Positions 1 to 12,686 of a stretch of DNA of 64,000 nt are shown piece after piece. The DNA lies in contig OX597818.1 in the NCBI GenBank assembly GCA_951406725.2, forward strand, positions 11,346,001-11,410,000. The letters are read 5' to 3'. Each line of letters starts with the position of its first letter. Position 1 is the stretch's first letter. Source of the DNA: Octopus vulgaris (Eukaryota). The notes under the pieces are model-generated. The model saw only the letters and a list, made by a program, of their open reading frames with translations. It did no database searches and was not told the DNA's origin. A program made the position numbers and the translations under genes.

Positions 1-1609
1 CCTTCTGACATCATTAATCTGAAGTAAATAATTTCTTTGGTTTTGTTGTTGAATCAAGCATGCCTATTGTTGTTGTTGAATCAAGTATTCAAGTATACAT
101 ATCATCAAAAATCTTCTGGATATAGTGGTTACAGTTTCCTATATATCACTCCTATTTTTAAGACTGTAGGTTTTAATCTGAGTGTGAGCTTTATTGACTT
201 TTCTAGCAGAATGAGCAACCTAATATGAGCTCCATTACACTGAAGCAATGCTGATTCACTAGTTATGATCATTTATACCTATCCTAGTACCTGACTGATA
301 CTTTATTTTATCACTTGAACAAGCATGAAAAAAATGTTAGCCTGAGTAGTTTTTGAACTCAAAATATAACCAAAACCACAACAGAAAAAGAAAAAAAATG
401 TTCAATACTCTAACAATTCTGCCAATTTATCATGATTGTTGCCTGTTTCTCAGTAATAAAGCAAATATACAGACACAACTTTTGAAGACATATGTGAAGA
501 AAGGTACTGTACTAACAATGGTCAGGTAGAGGTCATTCAGTCTTAAAACCCAGTGTTGAATAATATCTGCTGGATATTTGAAGCTACATCTAATGATCTA
601 GGTATATTTTTTACTCTACTGCAGAGTATGTTTAGTTGAATAGTGTAGACTGCCAATAGTTTCATTTGTAATGTGATTGCTTTATAGTAACTTTCTTTCA
701 TTTATTCATCAAATTTTGCTAACTGAAAGAGGTAGTGACCTTCCTAACTCAGTGAAATTGATGTCATTAACATTCCACTCAAATTGTTGTTGCAAGTTAA
801 CTCTAATGAAAAAACATGCAAGGAGAGAATTCCAGAGGGCTGATGTTCTGGGTATAGTGGTTCATGTGAGTCTTGGCTATTAGACACAATACAGGTAATA
901 AAAGGAAGAGAAGTGAGTTGAGATTGCTTGAGTGGTAGTGATGGTGGTAGAGGTATAAAATCATCCTGCTCTGAGGAACAGAGGCCAATGTATTAACAAT
1001 GGCAAAAGCAGTGAGAAGACACATGTCTGTGGGTCAGAAAGTGGAGTGTGTTTGTGAATGATTTCATGTCATTTAGTTGAGAGGCCTTTCTCTGAATACA
1101 GTTTAATTTGTCTGTGTGTGTGGTAGCAGCATTGTCCCAGATGGGGCAGCAGTACTCCATTATGCATCTTACTTGAGCTTTGAAGAGGTTTAGTGGTTCT
1201 CAACTTAAACTTTACAGAAGCTTTGTAGTTCTCTGTCTGTCTCTTCTTCCCCTCCATTCCTCTTGTACTCTCTCATTCTCTATCTTTGTACTTCCTTCCA
1301 CTCTCGCTATGATATATTATAGTTGCAGTTTAATTCAGATGCATAACTAGATATATGACAGCTATACACATATGATCAAGGAGCTGCTATATGGTTGGTA
1401 GACCTGCTAGAAATAGCAACTAAGTCTCCTTCAAATCATATTTTACTGTCCTATGCAAAAGAGGAAAATAGTCTGTCTGATTAGGGGTCAAACATACCTC
1501 CCAAGTGGTATCTGTCTATTAGCTGTCCAATAGAAGTTAGTTAATACTGTCTATGGCTACCATCTTCAGACTTATACCATTAAGCATTATTACTTCATAG
1601 ACATAATAA

Positions 1610-1760
1610 CTAATATAATTCAGGATTCACATCATGATAATTCATGATATTATTATATTCTAAGATTATATCATGATAATCTGTGATTGTAACATGGTAA
1701 TCTGAATTTATATCATGTTAATCCAACTTTATATCATGATAACATCAGATTATATCAGGC
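1610..1760. repeat. Degenerate ~21-bp minisatellite (ATTATATCATGATAATCTGAG-like)
   Basis: About six diverged copies of (T)TATATCATG(A/G/T)TAAT seen in tandem. Confidence 0.6.
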
Positions 1761-2511
1761 TAGGTATCTTGGAACCATATTGCATATCACCATGTTTATA
1801 TTTTTTATTGTGCATTTTGTTTCTCTTCTGATTTTTATTGCTTCAGTTTTTATGTACATGAGTGACAGCACATTTATTTCTTCCTATTTTAGAAGTATCT
1901 TTTGATAGCACTCTTTGGTTCTCTGGCCATCTTCATCTGTTCTACTACTTCTGTTGCATATAATCTACACACATTGTTACTCAGCTCTTGTTCACTGTTT
2001 CACTTCTACTCAGTAACTTCATTGTTGGCTAAGAAATTGTGGAAGCACACTTCAGTAGCCCAAGGGGGAAAGCTCCTCTCATTCTTATTATGAACCACAC
2101 TGTTTATTTCAAATTGGAGTAGTTTCTTTACAATGGATACAAAGAGAAAGGAGAAATAGAGAAATGGAGAGATCTATATGGATCTGAAGTCAGAGTTGGG
2201 GGGAGTGATACATCCAGGATAGAAAGAGAAATTTGGGAAAATTAAAGGGAGTAAGGAATGAGTGATATATTTTATAATTCTTTGCCTGGTGGGTTTGTCT
2301 ATTTGTTTATTTTCTTAGTGTTGTTCATGCAACTGCTTTTCCATCTGATTTCTAGAGGTCTCAGTTCACTTACGTTTAGAACAGGTCGCTGAAGGTCTTT
2401 CCACAGAACATAAGCTTCTTAAAGCAGTATCAGACAATTGATTTTCTGTCCTACATTTTCTTTTGTTACTGCTGAAATTTTCATAAATCATGGAACAGTC
2501 ATTTGCCCATG

Positions 2512-2569
<58 letters not shown>

Positions 2570-2645
2570 CATTTCTCTATATATTTATCTATCTATCTAT
2601 CTATCCATTTCTCTATCTATTTATCTATCTATCTATCTATCTATC
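2512..2645. repeat. (TCTA)n microsatellite
   Basis: Direct reading of the tetranucleotide array. Confidence 0.95.
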
Positions 2646-3644
2646 TTATAGATATATGTTTATGTGTGTGTGTGTGCATCATCTTCATAATTCAACATCC
2701 ATGTTCCATGTTGGTATGTGTGTATATATATATATATATGTATAGCTTTGAACAAATATATATATATATATTTGTTCAAAGCTAGATTCACTCCATTGCT
2801 ATGAGCTTTACGAACTGTAGCTTTGTTCAAGTCACAAACAGTTTCATTGAATTAATAAATATAAACTAAAACATATACCAAGCACTTTTTCTTCCATTTT
2901 TACACCCAAATATATACATTGATACACTCACCCATACATGTGTGTGTATGTGCATACAAACACCAATACATATATAGATGTGATACAAGCACATAAGCAC
3001 AGTATACATAATTACAGTCACACACGCACACATATGAACTTATCTATTTAGTCAGTTTTGATGTACAGTATATTATAATTATAAGCATTTTTGACATGAC
3101 CATCTCATCACTTTATTGTCAGTTTTTGTATATCTGATATTATATTGTCCTATATATCCTTCTTCTGCTAAGGCAGTAGGGTGAGGTCTGGTGGTGATTT
3201 GGCTGCTATGTCTGACAAGTTGAGTGATAACATTGAAACTTTCTTATTTAGCTTCAATAGATCTAGTTTTCAACTGAAGGTTGAATTAAAAATAACAATT
3301 TCAAATAATCTAATATTTCTTTTTTCCCCTGTTTTATTTGAGGAATTCTGTTAATATATTTTTCTTTGTTGAAAAACAAAAACATTATCTGTTATTTTCT
3401 CTATTTGTTTCTCACTCTTTTGCACACACTCTAGATATCTATCTGTCTGGCTGTGTATTTATCTATATTATCTTGCAGTCTGTCTTCCTTTTTCTCATTG
3501 GTTCATAACCAATATCTAAATATCTAAAACAGCAATACCTACATCCAAATAAATAGAGTCATTTCTTTATAGAAATATTTCTTTGAAATTTTATAATAGA
3601 TTGTGAATGTATGCAACATGTATGTGATTGTATAATTGTGTGCA

Positions 3645-3689
<45 letters not shown>

Positions 3690-3696
<7 letters not shown>

Positions 3697-3844
3697 CGAC
3701 AGGCTTCTTTCTGTTTCTATCTACCATATCCACTCACAAGGCTTGGTTGGCCCGAGGCCATAGTAGAAGACACTTGCCCAAGGTGCCACACAGTGGGACT
3801 GAACCCGGAACAATGTGGTTGGTAAGCAAGCTACTTACCACACA

Positions 3845-3845
<1 letters not shown>
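3690..3845 (-). mobile_element. SINE family A (tRNA-derived, CORE-like), 5' half
   Basis: Reverse complement TGTGGTAAGTAGCTTGCTTACCAACCAC..GGTTCAGTCCC (B box)..GGCACCTTGGGCAAGTGTC matches the copy at 48583-48965. Confidence 0.85.
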
Positions 3846-3875
<30 letters not shown>

Positions 3876-3893
3876 TATATATTTATATATAAT

Positions 3894-3941
<48 letters not shown>

Positions 3942-4817
3942 TGAGGTCTGATCAATAAGTATCCAAGTTGTTGCCATAGTAACGAAGCTAAAGCACAGAG
4001 GGAAGTAACTTTGCAAAGATTCACCTGCACACTAAGTTTTAATGTTCTAGCTCACTTCTGCTGTTTACTGCAGCACTTGGAAGGAAGGTGTGTAGCATGT
4101 GACTGTCGCATTGACCATGACAGAGAAAGTTGTCTTGACGATACCTGCTCAGACGTCTATGCAAAGTTGGAGAAAGTGTATAGAGAGGGGTGTATGAGAT
4201 GCACACAAGTGTACAAGTGGTTCAGATATTTTTAAGATGGCCAAAAATTGTCCATATTGATGAACGTTCTCTTGAGACGTGCAATCACTAGAACTAAGAA
4301 AAACATCACAGTTGTGATTGCAGCTGTGAGGGGAAATCGTCGACTTACAATCCATGAGTTATCTGAGGATGTGCAGATTAGTTACAGTTCAGTTCAGTCC
4401 ATTATCACTGAAGATTTGGGTATGAGACACGTGTCTGCCAAGTTTGTGCCAAAACTGCTTCAAGCTGACCAAAAAGACTCTCGGGTTTCAGTTGCACAAG
4501 AGTTCCTTGATTGTGTTGAGAATGATGTAGACTTTTTGAAAACGTTGCATAGGCTTCTGAGCAGGTCTCGCCAAGCTTTTGGCAAAATTTGATGCAGATT
4601 CTCCGCTCAGCATTCTCTGTCATGGTCAATGCAACGATCACATGCTACACACCTTCCTTCCAATCACTGCTGTAAACAGCAGACGTGAGCTAGAGCGTTA
4701 AAACTTAGTGCACATGCACAGCAGAGTTCAAGGTTAATCTGTGACAAGCAGTTTTACTCTGCATGCTTTAGCTTTATTATTATGACAACAGTCTGGATAC
4801 ACATTCATCAGATCATG
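3942..4817. mobile_element. Non-autonomous mariner derivative with two 5' ends (foldback)
   Basis: Inverted arms 3942-4169 / 4541-4817 begin with a mariner-type TIR (GAGGTCTGATCAATAAGTATCC). The + strand encodes a transposase HTH region (QVYKWFRYF; RRLTIHELSEDVQISYSSVQSIITEDLGMRHVSAKFVPKLL). The - strand arm encodes MTENAERRICIKFCQKLG. No DD34D catalytic domain is present. Confidence 0.9.
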
Positions 4818-5329
4818 TATATATGTATTATAATGGGGGAGGCTGGTTTACATTAACTGCTCCACATCTTAGAGTGTGCTTCTCTAGATTTATGTTTTTC
4901 TACAAATTATATATATATATATATATATAGATAGATAGATAGATATATTATAACCTCTTCTCTATCATCACTGTCTCTCTTCTTTCACTCGGTTACATTG
5001 ATGTAACAAATGAGACAACATAGAGTAGTAGGAACTCTTTGGCTATTCTGGCTTAAAACAATGTCACTAGTGTTTAGTGTCAGGATAGGATATCCCTCAT
5101 ACACTTCATAAACTGGTTGGCATACAAACAGAGACACTGTAGTGTTGAAATGATGACTGCAGGGTTGACTTAATTCTTGCCAAGGTGCAGAACACCCTCT
5201 TTAGTGCTTTCAGCTAGTATAGGAGCAGTATATATAGTCTTTAGTTAGTAACACTTTTATGTAAACAAATGGATTGAAAATTACAAACATGATAAACAGT
5301 TGGGACATTTTTAGTAAAAATATCTGGAG

Positions 5330-5740
5330 GAGACCCGTCAAAACCAAGTGAAATTGTTGTCATGGCCAATGCCAATGTTGCGTAATTGGCACCTGTGCTG
5401 GTTACATGTAAAAAGCACCCCTTGAATGTTGGACCTCATGGAGTAAGTGACAAGAGACCGAGACATTTGGTGATGTACCATGCTTGAGAAGACTTGTCGA
5501 GCCAAGTGATATCATAGTCATGGCCAGTGCTGGTGTTGTGTAACTGGTAGCCATACCAATGGCATGTGAAAAGCACCCACTATACTCTTGGAGTAGTTGG
5601 CATTAGGAAGGGCATCCAGCCATAGAAACCATGCCAAATCAGACTGGAGCCTGGTGCAGCTTACCAGTTTTCAGTCAAACCGTCCAGCCCATGCCAGCAG
5701 GGAAGCTGGATGTTTAATGATGAGGATGATGATGATGATC
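5330..5740 (+). mobile_element. SINE-like family D with RTE-type 3' tail and internal ~150-bp tandem duplication
   Basis: TTGGCATTAGGAAGGGCATCCAGC motif; tail CCATGCCAGC..(GAT)n resembles the RTE 3' end near 28980; other copies at 18262-18645, 33868-34080, 62780-62990, 63850-64000. Confidence 0.75.
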
Positions 5741-5809
5741 TGTGACAAAATTTTCATGGTATCATGTTGAGACTTTGCAAGTGATGTTGAGGCTTTGGAG
5801 TGAACAAAT

Positions 5810-6015
5810 ATTGGTTTCAAGGACAGCAACTTTGGGGGAAGAGGGTAAGTTGATTACTTCAATCCCATTGCTTAACTGGTACTTATTATATGGACCCCCA
5901 AAGGGATGAAAGGTAAAGTTGACCACAGTGGAATTTCAACTCATAATGTAAAGACAGACGAAATGCCACTAAGCATTTTGTCTGTCTTGCTCATGACTCT
6001 GTCAGCTTGCTATCT
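5810..6015 (-). mobile_element. SINE family B
   Basis: Reverse complement matches the family motif GAGTTCAAATTCC..GTCGACTTTGCCTTTCATCCTTTCGGGGTCGATAAAATAAGTACCAG seen more than 10 times in the window. Confidence 0.8.
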
Positions 6016-6058
6016 TAGAGCGAACAAATATTATAAGTATAGATGATTTCTATACGTA

Positions 6059-6796
6059 CAAGTTTCATGGCCCAAAGCAATCTAATAATTGAACATTGCC
6101 ACTTGAAAGAACATATGTGTGTTAGTCATGTAACAAATTTTGTCTGTCTGTTGGTAGTCTGCAGAAACATGTCTCTTTACACAACACCAATTGTCATGAT
6201 TCTATATTGCATTTAACTGAGAAGAGATGTGAGTTATGGTATAAGCTTGTAGACTGTGGCTTGACATACATTATATTATACTGTACATCAAGCCATCATT
6301 TCTATGGAAAATGGTAGAATTTCAAGGTATCTACTTTACTGGGAATATTCTGGTAAAAGACCCATCTCACAAACTCAAGTTAAGATAGACTATTTTAAAT
6401 CTGATCTGTAGAAAGTATTATTTGTATGGAATGAAAAAAAAGAGAAAAGATATTGACTGGGCATCATGGAAAAAAATTATTTAAAGTATTCAAGTATTTT
6501 GAAGAGAAATGAAACAAGATATAAGAAAAGAAATTAGGCATTAATAATCTCTCCAAATATTCTACTGGCAATTCTAAGTCTTTCTGAGATAGGTCTAGTT
6601 AGCCATTCAAGTCTCATGACCCAAAGCAACCTACTAGTTAACCATTGCTACTTGAAATAATGTATGTGTGTTACTCATGCAACAGGTTTTATCTGTCTCC
6701 TGGTAGTCTGCAGAGACATGTCACTTTATACAGCATCAGTTGTGATGATTCTACATTGCATTTAACAAGGAAGAGATCTGAGTTATGGTACAAGCT
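6059..6796. repeat. Diverged ~190-bp direct repeat pair (6059-6247 and 6608-6796)
   Basis: Both copies run CAAGT.TCATG.CCCAAAGCAA ... GGTAGTCTGCAGA.ACATGTC ... GAGTTATGGTA.AAGCT, roughly 80% identical by eye. Confidence 0.85.
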
Positions 6797-7182
6797 ACAA
6801 AGGAAAAAAAATCAGCTAGGCTAAAAAGTCTGCTTCACCTTGATGCTCATTATGAAGCAATGATCATGCCCTTTATTGAGTTTGTTAACTTCTCTTTTTA
6901 TCTTTTGCTTGTTTCAGTCATTAGACTGTGGCCAAGCTTAATCAAACTAATCCACCCCTGTACTTACTTTTTAAGTTCTGTACTTATTTCATCAGGCTCT
7001 TTGGCTGGACCACAGGTTAAGGGTATGTAAACAAACCAACAAAGGTTGTCAAGCAGTGGTGAGAGACAAGCAAATACACATAGACACCCACTCATAGAAA
7101 TATATATATATGGAAAAGTGGATGTTAAAATGATCATGCTGATGATATGTATATACACTTGTGTAGGTACTGATATATATAA

Positions 7183-7233
<51 letters not shown>

Positions 7234-8069
7234 CATGCATACATACATATATATATACATATATATACACACACACACATATATATAGGCACATACCTAC
7301 ACTTACATAAATACATACTTAGACATAAAGCAAAATAGAAGGATACAGATAAACAGGGAGCAGAGAGAGAACAACATAAAGACAGGAGGAAGGCAGTAAT
7401 GCTGAACAGAAGATATGCTTGCTATGAAGAAAGAATACACTCAACCCTGGAATCAATATATTTACCTTCTTTATCGTTTGATACAATGCATCCCCAGTGA
7501 CTTCACTGTACTATGTATATCAATAACAAGCAACTTAGTTTATCTCAGCAAGGAAAGCTAAGATAATGAAAGCATAGCGGAAAGTGCATAAAAAATGCAA
7601 TAAAACACTAAAAGAAGAGGAAGTAGAAAGACTATCGCTACCATGACCAGTTTTGTACCTTAGTATCATCTTCTACCTTACTCTCACCTCTACTCTTCAT
7701 CTTCTGCCTCTCTCCTTTTTCAATTTTATAATAGTCTTAGTATAAAAGATATGCTCCCAAACAGAATGAATAAGGCTGTAGTTAGAAAATATGAAACTCA
7801 CACACACACAGACTAAAGCACACACAAATGCAAAAACTGGCACTCATACTTTCAGATGTGTTTTTTTTTTCCAATGTGTTGGTCTTATGTCATTTGTAAC
7901 AGATATGTTATTACTCAAATATGAAGCTAAGTAATAATGTGTTAATCTCTACATTCACCATATTTGTATACTTATATTTTATTCTTCACCTGTATTGAGT
8001 ACAGTTTGTTGATGTAAGTTCCTTTACAATACTAAATGCATGCACATGATTGCTTATAATATATTGTGA

Positions 8070-8255
8070 AGGCACATGGCTTAGTGGTTAGGTATTTAGC
8101 TCATAATCATAAGGGTGTGTGTTCTTTTCCTGGTGGTACATTTTGTGCTTGAGCAAGACACTTTATTTCATATTGCTCCAGTCTGCTCAGCTGGCAAAAA
8201 ACATGTAGTACCTGTATTTCAAAGAGTTAGCCTTGTCGTAATTGACAGAGTGCCA
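8070..8255 (+). mobile_element. SINE family C (tRNA head + CORE-like), partial
   Basis: A-box-like TGGCTTAGTGG, TTGAGCAAGACACTTTATTTCA; similar to 18694-18990. Confidence 0.75.
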
Positions 8256-8258
8256 TTT

Positions 8259-8297
<39 letters not shown>

Positions 8298-8298
<1 letters not shown>

Positions 8299-8537
8299 TT
8301 TACTTGTTTCAGTCATTTGACTGTGACCATGCTGGGGCACTACCTTGAAATTTTAGTTGAATGTACTTAATTTTTTTAAAGCCTGGTACTTACTCTATCA
8401 GTCCCTTGTACCCAATCACTAAGTTACATGGATGTAAACGCACCAGTTGTCAAGTGCTGGTTAGGGACAAACACGGAAACAAAGAAATACATACACACAC
8501 ATACATACATACATACACACACACATATATATATATA

Positions 8538-8603
<66 letters not shown>

Positions 8604-8756
8604 ATGGGCTTTTTTCAGTTTCTGTCTACCAAATCCACTCATAAGGTTTTGGTTGGCCCGAGGCTATAGTAGAAGACTTACCCAAGGTGCCATGTAGTGG
8701 GACTGAACCCAGAACCATGTGGTTGATAAGCAAGCTTCTTAACCGCGCAGCCATGT
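8298..8756 (-). mobile_element. SINE family A, full length with internal TA/CA microsatellite
   Basis: Both the tail (TTTCAGTCATTTGACTGTG..) and the tRNA-like head match 48583-48965. Confidence 0.85.
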
Positions 8757-9873
8757 CTGTGTCTATGCATACAAATATATATATCTATAAATATGCACAC
8801 AAATACACACATCTATACATGCACACACACACTCACATATATATAAATATATATACAAATTTTGGCAGTATTCTCATGATCTGTATTCCCTCTAAGCTAT
8901 GTACTTGTGTACACACATACACTCACTTTACAATAAGTACACCAAAAAAAAAAAAAAGTGCACACAATGTTTTTTTCATGATGAAATCAAATTTTGGGGG
9001 TTTAAAGAAGTTTGAACAGTAGTTACTTACATTGAGGTGCACATGCTTTGCAAAGAAAGACAAAATTTACATACATGCAAATTTATGTGCACATCCACAG
9101 CAAAAAAAAAAAAATTACAGGGGAGTTAGCTCATGTTTGTGTGTGTGTATATATGTGTAAGTATATTGCTTCAACATGGAAACATAATATAGTCAAGTAT
9201 ATATATATTATAATACACACACATTTTATATATGCTCTCCCTAGAGATGGACCCATTTTTCTGGCATTAATGTGTATATAAAATTAGGTGCAGATGAGAA
9301 CATTATATATGCAGTTTGAGAGTATTATTGATTTTTTATACATGCCAGTTTTGCCACAATCTTTTTGCTGGTCTTGTTAAATTCTACTGGAATCTACCAT
9401 GACCAGCAAAAAATTTGAGAAAACTCAATACTATCTCTCTGTTTACAATCCAGTTGCTTACTTAAACTACAGAATTGAACATCAATGATTGAATTCATAA
9501 GAAGGCTATAATGTTATTCGTGAAGGGAAATTCCATAGATATTCTTTTATGTTTTACTTGTTTCAGTCATTAGACTGTGGCCATGGTGGGGCACCACCAT
9601 GAAGAATTTTTTGTTGAATGAATTGACCCCAGTACTTAATTTTTGTTAAGCTTGGTGCTTATTCTATTGGTCTGTTTTGCTGAACTGCTAAGTTACAGGG
9701 GTGTAAACATAGTAACACTGGTTGCCAAGTGCTGGTGGGGACAAACACATGTGGCTAAGAGTTATTTTGACTCTTATTTCTAGCAGTGCTGGTGCTAACT
9801 TGCACCCTTAGTCACTTCAGTGACAACTGTTCTTGTGCCTTTTGCTTGTAAATTGCAACTAGCCACATTAATA

Positions 9874-9919
<46 letters not shown>

Positions 9920-9932
9920 GTGTGTGTGTATG

Positions 9933-9972
<40 letters not shown>

Positions 9973-12229
9973 CAGAGAGAAACAGAGAAATTTATATGTC
10001 TAATATAGTAAATGCGAAAACTAATTTCTGTGTGTCAGTGTCACACTTTGACCCCCCACTCACTATTCAATGACACTTCCTCGTTCTGGGGTGAGAGTAA
10101 TAGTTGGCATAGAGACAGTGAGGGTGGTGGCAAAGACAGACAGACAGAGAGTGAGAGAAAGAAAGAAAGAAAAAGAGCGGGAGAGAGAGACTAAGAAATT
10201 TAGGGAGAGTTGATGATGTTTTATTAAAAGTAATAATGAGAGAGAGTGGGTATATGGGAGAAAGAGAGGGATTATGTACTACTTTCCTGGACGGAAATTC
10301 CTGTGGCCAGCATACTGAACACTATCATTTTATATATATACATGTGTGTGTGTGTGTACATATATACATGTACATACACACACATATATGTATATAAAAT
10401 ACACTTTAATTGAAATACATTTATCAAATCCACTCACAAGGCCTTAGTTGGCCCAAGATTATTGTAAAAGACACTTGCTCACAAAATAGTCATCTATTCA
10501 CAAAGCAAGGGTCAACCTGACGGTATACTAAATAACACTTAACCAAGATACTGGAATCAAACCCAGTACTTCATGATAGTGAAACAAACGTTTTAACCAC
10601 ACTAACATAGATTCATACATACACATGAAGGAAGAAATCAAGAAAATAAATGACTTTGAGACGGAATTGGAGGGAGACAGTTAAGGAAGAGAAAGAGACA
10701 GACAGACTTTTTATCTATCTGACTATCTATGACCACATTATTCAGTGTCTTTTCTGTTTTAAGACATAATCTATTATGTATAGACGTGTGTGTATATTCT
10801 GGTTTGGTCTAAAATTAGGGGATGTGCCCATAGCATTTGCAGAGTCTCTGAGATAGGAAGATTGATACACTAATATTCTACTTACACTGTTGCCAGTTAA
10901 TAGTTGCAAGAAAAGCCCAGACAGGGTAGAAATTCTAGAGAATTGCATTTTGGATGGTTTGGATGTTACAGCAGGGGGTTTGAGAGTTGAACACAGTATT
11001 GGTAACAAGAGGGAAAAGAGTCAAGGGAGTCTGAGTAAAGTTTGTTTGAGACCAACCTTCTCTGCAGAGTAGAGGTAATTATAGTTGCAGCACAAAAAGT
11101 ATAGAGGAGACAACACATCTGTGTGTAAGCAGTTAAAGTGTTGATGAACAACTTCATGCCAATCAGTTGGATAGTATTGCATTGCAGTCTAAGATATTTG
11201 TATGTGAGTGGTCACAGTAGCATGATCAAAGATATAGGGGCAGTGCTCTTTGTTGGGTCTAAAATGTGCTTTGAAAAAAGTGTTAGTCATTGGTGAGGAA
11301 CTGAACCATTGTCTGGCTATGAAGAGGAAAGTTAGTCTTTGAGATATTGTCTTAGCTGTGATGAAGATGTGTCCACTAGGAGAGATCTTTAGTAATTTGG
11401 GGATCCTTGGTGCTGTTGATTTTTTTTTATTAATTTTTTTACGTTAAACCCAGAGGAAACTGTGGCATATTAATGAGGTGTGAATACAGATAGAATAATT
11501 TGCTGTATCCTGCTTCCTGATATACAAACTCTTAAACTATATATGTTCTATTTAAGTGTGAACCATAGGCAAACAGCCTCAAAACATTAATATCATGAGT
11601 ATTTTGAAAAACAGTGACAAATGTGATATTAAAAACTGAAATTACTAAAAATTTATTTTCATGCAATTTACTGTCTATTTAACTGCAATTTGTAGTCCAT
11701 TTAGATGCATTTTTTGGTGCACTCAACTGTTAATGAAAAGAACATTTTCTTCTCATGACAAAAAGATATAACTAATATAGATTTTTTTGCTATTTAATTC
11801 AGAGAGAATCTTTACATGTGTGTGTACATGTAGGGAGGGAGAGACATAGTTTTGAACTGTAGGCCTATGTATTCATGTCCATAAAACTGTTTGGGCATTT
11901 ATGAATGTATGTATGATTAGAATGTAATATAAGTCTGTGTAGGGTAGAATGATTTCTTGATTGGTTTTAGAATTTTTTTTTTTAACCTGCCATCTACTTG
12001 GTTGCTTGGTTTCTTTTTACAAAATGTGTTTTGGAATATAGTAACATTGCCAATGCTTGTGTGTTTACATATGTATATGTACCTATAGATCATTGGCATG
12101 ACCAAATGTTTGCTTTGCATTTATGAGATCCTAGGTTTGATCCTTTGGGCAATCAAACATTTCTGCCAAAGCAAGATATGTGAGTGAAATCAGGTAAATG
12201 GAAATTGTATGGAATCCCATTGGATGGAC

Positions 12230-12686
12230 TACCTGCAACTCAGAGAGCCAACCTTAGGAAATAATATGTTAAAATATATACACATACACATGTTAAAAGA
12301 ATACTGGCAAGATATCCCTGTCATGACTTTGATAAAATGCAAATACAGCAGACCAGACATAATGATCTGGGATAGTGAAAGAAACTATCTACTGTGGTTG
12401 AAATCAGATGCCCAGCAGATGTCAACATAAAGTTCAAGATTAGTGTAAAAGGACATCTATGCCAAAATGATGAGAAATCTGCAAGTACTCCATCCAGAAT
12501 GTATAACTTTAAGATTTCTATCAATGATTAATGGGGCATCTAACAATGTGACTTACTACCTCAGTATCCGTCTTGAGAAGCAGTGATTTCCAAAACCAAA
12601 AGGAGATACCTGATCAGATTTATAACTACAAGCTGTCATAGATACTGTCAAAACAAGCTAAGCATTCTTGAAGTTCAGCATGTAAT
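12230..12686 (+). mobile_element. 3' fragment of a restriction-like-endonuclease (RLE) LINE, frameshifted
   Basis: Translates to KEYWQDIPV..KYSRPDIMIWD..TVVEIRCPADVNIK..IYAKMMRNLQVL..QAVIDTVK..FLKFSM*, matching the PD..E/D-type RLE C-terminus of R4/NeSL-group elements. Confidence 0.8.

Noticed and set aside
1500-1580. CUGAAGA..CAGCU hammerhead-like trace on the - strand
   Set aside because: GAAA core absent and stems unconvincing
10740-11450. Possible decayed retroelement coding sequence on the - strand
   Set aside because: No motif could be read with enough confidence to assign a family
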